The position numbers and the translations under genes were made by a program. 64,000 nt of DNA from Ascoidea asiatica JCM 7603 (Eukaryota > Fungi > Ascomycota). This document shows positions 60,135 to 64,000 of this stretch, piece by piece. The notes below the pieces were generated by a model. It was not told the DNA's origin and did not search any database. It saw only the letters and a program-made list of their open reading frames with translations. The stretch lies in the NCBI GenBank assembly GCA_001600695.1, contig BCKQ01000015.1:48018-112017 (forward strand), given 5' to 3'. Within the stretch, counting starts at the first letter, position 1, and each line of letters opens with the position of its first letter.

Positions 60135-60202
60135 GACACATCCAGGACTCGAACCGGCGTTCGCTTCATTTACGGCTCGGCAGTTTTTTACTCGGCATGT
60201 AC
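60135..60202 (-). pseudogene. tRNA-like relic or stand-alone Pol III B-box (ETC-like)
   Basis: Perfect B-box GGTTCGAGTCC 60155-60145 in a partial T-stem, acceptor-like GTACAT/ATGTGT pairing, T5 run at 60128-60124; no recognisable anticodon arm. Confidence 0.45.
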
Positions 60203-60411
60203 GGCAACTTGTTCCGGAACGGGAGAGACGGATATTTCGGGTAGGCTCCAGAAATATTTTTAGCGAATTTTGGTTGCAATTGAAAAATTGAAGAAATAAA
60301 AAGAAGGTAATTAAAAAATATAAAGAAAAGAAAAGAAGAGAAAAGAAGTAGAAAATATAAATCTGAAGCTAAAATATAACTATTTAAAGGGGTGGGAACT
60401 CAGCACATTTT

Positions 60412-62367
60412 TTAATTTCTACTGAAGGCTTTTCTTGCTCTTGCTCTTAGATTATCTGTTAACTCATATACCTTTTGAACAACAATATCTTCATCTTTTC
60501 TATCAACTAATTCATTTTCCGGAATATTTTCATTAGCAATTTTATCTGTCAATGGAGCATCTCTTAAAAATAATGATGATAAAATCAATGGAATACAGAA
60601 AATTATAGCAACTAAATTTAATAATAATTGAACATCTCTATAAGCTTTAACAACTTGTTGTCTTTCAACTGTTTCCCAAGTATAAGTTAAAATAAATGTA
60701 AAAGGTGAAGAATAAGCTTCATTAGCTAAAGTTTCATCTCCTAAATGATAAATTAATTTATCTTTTAAATGTAATGTCCAAACTGCTCCAGAAATTGCAG
60801 CTCCAACTGATGCTCCAATTCTATAAGTTGTATAAATTAATGATGTTACATTAGCCATTTGATCATGACTTACAACACTTTGAGCAGAAACATTAATTGG
60901 ATATGAAAATAAACAAGTTCCAATACCCCAAACAACTAAAGCTCCAATAATTCCATTATGAGCATCTTCACCACCTCTAAAATGTAATAATAAACCCATG
61001 GCAACCATCCATAATATACATCCAAAAATTATAAAACCTTTTAATCTTCTAACTCTAACAATAATTAAACTGAAAAAAGGTGCAGCAACAACACTAACAA
61101 ATGATGATGTTAATGCAATTCTTGTAGCAGATTTAACAGATTCATGAACTGCAACAATTAAAACTGTATATAAATAATCTGCAGCTAAATAATAAATTAA
61201 ATCTAATAAAAATGAAATTAATAATGCAGACCAAATTCCACGATCTTTAATTAATTTAAAAGGTGCAATTGGAAATTTTGACCAAATTGATTCATAAATT
61301 ATAAAAATTGGGATTAAAATTCCACCTAAAACCATTGGACCAATAATTTTACCCGATCTCCATTTATCAGAAATACCTTCAGCTAATGTTAATGGTACTA
61401 ATATACAACCTAAACATGTTACCATTAAAATTATACCAATTAAATCTAATTTCCAAAATAAATATTTTAAAGAATTTAAAATTCCATTTCTTTGAAAAAT
61501 TGTTTGTTTTTTATTAATTAATTTCCATTCTTCAGTTTTTGAAGCTTTATAATACATATGTAAAAAACAACCAATTAAAGGTAAACAACTTAATGGAAAA
61601 ATATATGCCCACATTGCAATACCTCTTTGCCAATTTTGACCACCAATTGAAGAAGTTATATCACCAGAAATCCAAGTATTAATAATAAAAGGATAAGTTG
61701 GTACAAAAGTATAAAATAATCTCCATTTTAAACTTGAAAAATCACTTAAAATTAATAATAAAATTAAAATTACACCAGTATAACCACAATAATAAATTAT
61801 TGTTCCTGCAGCATATCTTTGAACATCATAAGCTTGAGATTGAATAATTGTACCAACAACATAAAAAATTATTGAAACTAAAAATAATTGAAATCTACCA
61901 AATACATCAGATAATCTTGCATATAAAGGTTGAGAAGCAGCTGCAACTACAGCTTGAATTACATTAACAGTAGCTAATAAAGAATGTGTTGAATATGATG
62001 AAGTTGCATAAGCAGTAAAAACATATCTACAATTACCATCTAGACCATAACCATAACCAACACAAAATGCAGAAACTAAAAATAAAATTTTATAATAAAT
62101 ATTATTATATTGATTTGATAAAATTTCAGTTTTTTTAACTGTTAAATTTTTAGAATTTTTAAATTCAAAATTTATAAATTCAGTTAAATCTTCATTTAAA
62201 TTTTCTTCATTATTTTTATTTTCAATATTATCATCATCATTTATAGTATTAATATTATTTTCATTTGAAGAATTCAGAGATAATTTTTCATTATTATTAT
62301 TAATATTTGTATCAATATTTGATTTTGAATTAAAATTCTGTAAAATGACAGGAACTTCAGAAGGCAT
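60412..62367 (-). CDS. SIT1: Siderophore-iron transporter, ARN/SIT family MFS
   Basis: YGYGLDG, YATSSYSTHSLL, ARLSDVFGR, SSLKWRL, GAAISGAVWT; about 14 TMs. Exact paralog (ARN1/SIT1) uncertain. Confidence 0.9.
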   Translation of the reverse strand: MPSEVPVILQNFNSKSNIDTNINNNNEKLSLNSSNENNINTINDDDNIENKNNEENLNEDLTEFINFEFKNSKNLTVKKTEILSNQYNNIYYKILFLVSAFCVGYGYGLDGNCRYVFTAYATSSYSTHSLLATVNVIQAVVAAASQPLYARLSDVFGRFQLFLVSIIFYVVGTIIQSQAYDVQRYAAGTIIYYCGYTGVILILLLILSDFSSLKWRLFYTFVPTYPFIINTWISGDITSSIGGQNWQRGIAMWAYIFPLSCLPLIGCFLHMYYKASKTEEWKLINKKQTIFQRNGILNSLKYLFWKLDLIGIILMVTCLGCILVPLTLAEGISDKWRSGKIIGPMVLGGILIPIFIIYESIWSKFPIAPFKLIKDRGIWSALLISFLLDLIYYLAADYLYTVLIVAVHESVKSATRIALTSSFVSVVAAPFFSLIIVRVRRLKGFIIFGCILWMVAMGLLLHFRGGEDAHNGIIGALVVWGIGTCLFSYPINVSAQSVVSHDQMANVTSLIYTTYRIGASVGAAISGAVWTLHLKDKLIYHLGDETLANEAYSSPFTFILTYTWETVERQQVVKAYRDVQLLLNLVAIIFCIPLILSSLFLRDAPLTDKIANENIPENELVDRKDEDIVVQKVYELTDNLRARARKAFSRN

Positions 62368-63543
62368 TTTATACTCTTATTTCTTAATTATTCTTTTCAA
62401 AATTGATATTCTTTCAATCAATAATAATTCAAAGAGAAGAATTAAGAATTAAAAATAGAAGAAAATATGAAAACGTATAAGAAAACCAGGTATTTATATA
62501 CTTTAATACTTTACAATATAACATTACAGTATAACATTATAGTATATAAATAATAAAAAGAAGTAATAAAATTGAAATTTAAAAGTGTCTGAGAGATCAA
62601 AAAGATAAAATTTTTAAAAAAGGATGATGAAAAGAGATTAAAAAGATAAAAAAAGGCCAAAAAAGAGAGGCCGATTTAATTTGAAACCTATTTTTTGAAG
62701 TTTAATAATAATAATAATAATTAAAGTTAGACTAAACTACTGTAATAAAAAAAAAAAAGGAAAGTTAGTTATAAAATGCCCTTTGGCTAGTAACATATTT
62801 CATTATAAATTATAGCAATAGTCTCTTAATAAAAGGGGTGTTATATCTTAAATTTGAGCAGCAAAACAAAAAAAAGTAAATTTTTTACATAAGCTAAATT
62901 GATAATTTCTTGGCAATAATATACTTGAATATTAATGCTTACCGGAAATAGAAAACAGACATGAAGAACATAAAACAAACCTCAATGTAAGTTAACTTGT
63001 ATTCCCTTCATTTTTATATTCTGTAGTTGTTTGTAAAGCCCACCAATAATCAAATAAATAAACTGGAATATAATAATCAAATAATCCACCCCAAAGACAA
63101 TAAATAAATAAATATAAAGCAGACAAATACAAAAATTCACAAAAACAGCAAACATTCCGCGTCCTAGAGTTACGTAATCAAAACCAAAAAAATATGTAAT
63201 AAAATACCGGGCAAAGCATTTGCCTGCACACGGCGGTTTAAGTTTTAAGGTTTGCATGAAAAAGCATAAAAAAGCCGCAAGAGCGGATGCAAAAGCGGAA
63301 ACACACGACGGAAAATAAAACCGTGGAGGGGAGTGGGGAGACCCGGGTTGTATTTCATTTCTTGACAAATCGGCAGCAGCTGCGTTTTTTATTTCTTGGC
63401 CCACTGAACCCCGGGTCTTCAAATCTTCCTTTGAGGTAAAAATGGCTTAAAAGCTTTATGAGCAACTAGTTAGGTCAAATTGGAGAAATAAATATTAAAC
63501 CATTTACTCCTGTTAGGACACTAGGTTTACTGTTTTATTATCA

Positions 63544-63625
63544 GGAGGGTTGCCGAGTGGTCTAAGGCGGTAGACTTAAGATCTACTGGGAAATTCCCGC
63601 GCGCGTTCCAACCTCGCATCCTTCA
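63544..63625 (+). pseudogene. tRNA-Leu(UAA), probably non-functional
   Basis: Type II cloverleaf with anticodon TAA 63577-63579. One base is missing at positions 8-10, the T-stem has a C:T mismatch (63604/63614) and the T-loop reads TTCCAAC. Confidence 0.75.
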
Positions 63626-63663
63626 ATTTTTTGAATTTTATTTTTTATATTCTAGTGTTTTTA

Positions 63664-63999
63664 TTATAATAATTTTGTTACTACTAAGTTTTTCATTATT
63701 GAAACTTGATGAATAAAATTAATAATAGAAATTTCAATGAAATGGGCGTGTAGCGCAGTTGGTAGCGCGTTTGCTTTGCATGCAAAAGGTCTCCGGTTCG
63801 ACTCCGGACTCGTCCAAATATTTTTACTTTTTTGGTTTTCGTCTTCTTGTAGCAAAACAATATTGCTTTTATTGTTATTATCCATTTCTATATCTATATC
63901 ACTAATGTTATCACTATTGTTATCACTATTGTTATCACTATTGTTATCACTATTGTTATCACTATTGTTATCACTATTGTTATCACTATTGTTATCACT
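63664..63999 (-). CDS. Possible 3' end of a gene entering from beyond the window, (SDNN)n repeat, overlapping tRNA-Ala antisense
   Basis: Frame is stop-free from 63999 to TAA at 63666-63664; composition resembles the Asn/Asp-rich proteins here; no homology recognised. Confidence 0.35.
   Translation of the reverse strand, partial: SDNNSDNNSDNNSDNNSDNNSDNNSDNNSDNISDIDIEMDNNNKSNIVLLQEDENQKSKNIWTSPESNRRPFACKANALPTALHAHFIEISIINFIHQVSIMKNLVVTKLL
63744..63816 (+). tRNA. tRNA-Ala(UGC)
   Basis: G3:U70 identity pair, TTTGC-TT TGC AT-GCAAA anticodon arm, intact A and B boxes, T5/T6 terminator. Confidence 0.95.
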
Positions 64000-64000
64000 A
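63898..64000. repeat. 12-bp minisatellite ATCACTATTGTT, running off the window end
   Basis: One variant unit, seven perfect units (63910-63993) and a partial unit. Confidence 0.95.

Noticed and set aside
62604-63047. GATAA and CCAAT boxes as iron-regulatory sites for SIT1
   Set aside because: Plausible, but these motifs are too frequent in such AT-rich DNA to support a call; no Aft-type TGCACCC seen.
62982-63422. 146-aa ORF upstream of SIT1 (similarly 4683-4871, 45711-45959, 46258-46587)
   Set aside because: Mostly non-ATG starts, codon use unlike the real genes, and they coincide with GC-richer regulatory islands where stops are rarer.
63898-64000. 12-bp repeat as a telomere
   Set aside because: No G-rich strand or GGTGT-like core typical of yeast telomeric repeats; it reads as an in-frame SDNN repeat and the end is only the window cut.
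1-64000. Transposons, LTRs, rDNA or mitochondrial insertions
   Set aside because: No transposase, gag/pol, TG...CA direct repeats or rRNA motifs noticed; degenerate solo LTRs cannot be excluded without a genome-wide search.

Overview
Eukaryotic, very AT-rich (roughly 25% GC by eye) budding-yeast (Saccharomycotina) chromosomal DNA with Asn/Gln-rich low-complexity proteins and short 5'-proximal spliceosomal introns. The species cannot be fixed from the sequence. The first ~50 kb is mostly core genes: CRS1 (5'-truncated), CCT3, RPS12, SWF1, BIO2, SIN3, NOP7, PAC11, MCD1, a Uds1-like coiled-coil gene, CSF1, ERG6, VMA21 and GPR1. It also holds two orphan GPI-type surface proteins flanking a variant tRNA-Gly. 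The last ~12 kb looks accessory: an alcohol dehydrogenase, a cytosolic jacalin-type lectin fused to an 11-residue amphipathic repeat, RKM4, a secreted endopolygalacturonase and a siderophore-iron transporter, each separated by a tRNA gene or tRNA-like B-box. Four introns missed by the ORF track (CCT3, SIN3, VMA21, lectin) were reconstructed. Most notable: the jacalin/11-mer protein, the tRNA-partitioned island including a decayed tRNA-Leu and a tRNA-like relic, an open frame running antisense through tRNA-Ala, a recurrent intergenic TTACRTAATC motif, and tandem cis-element arrays upstream of BIO2 and ERG6. No mobile element, rRNA or CRISPR was seen.
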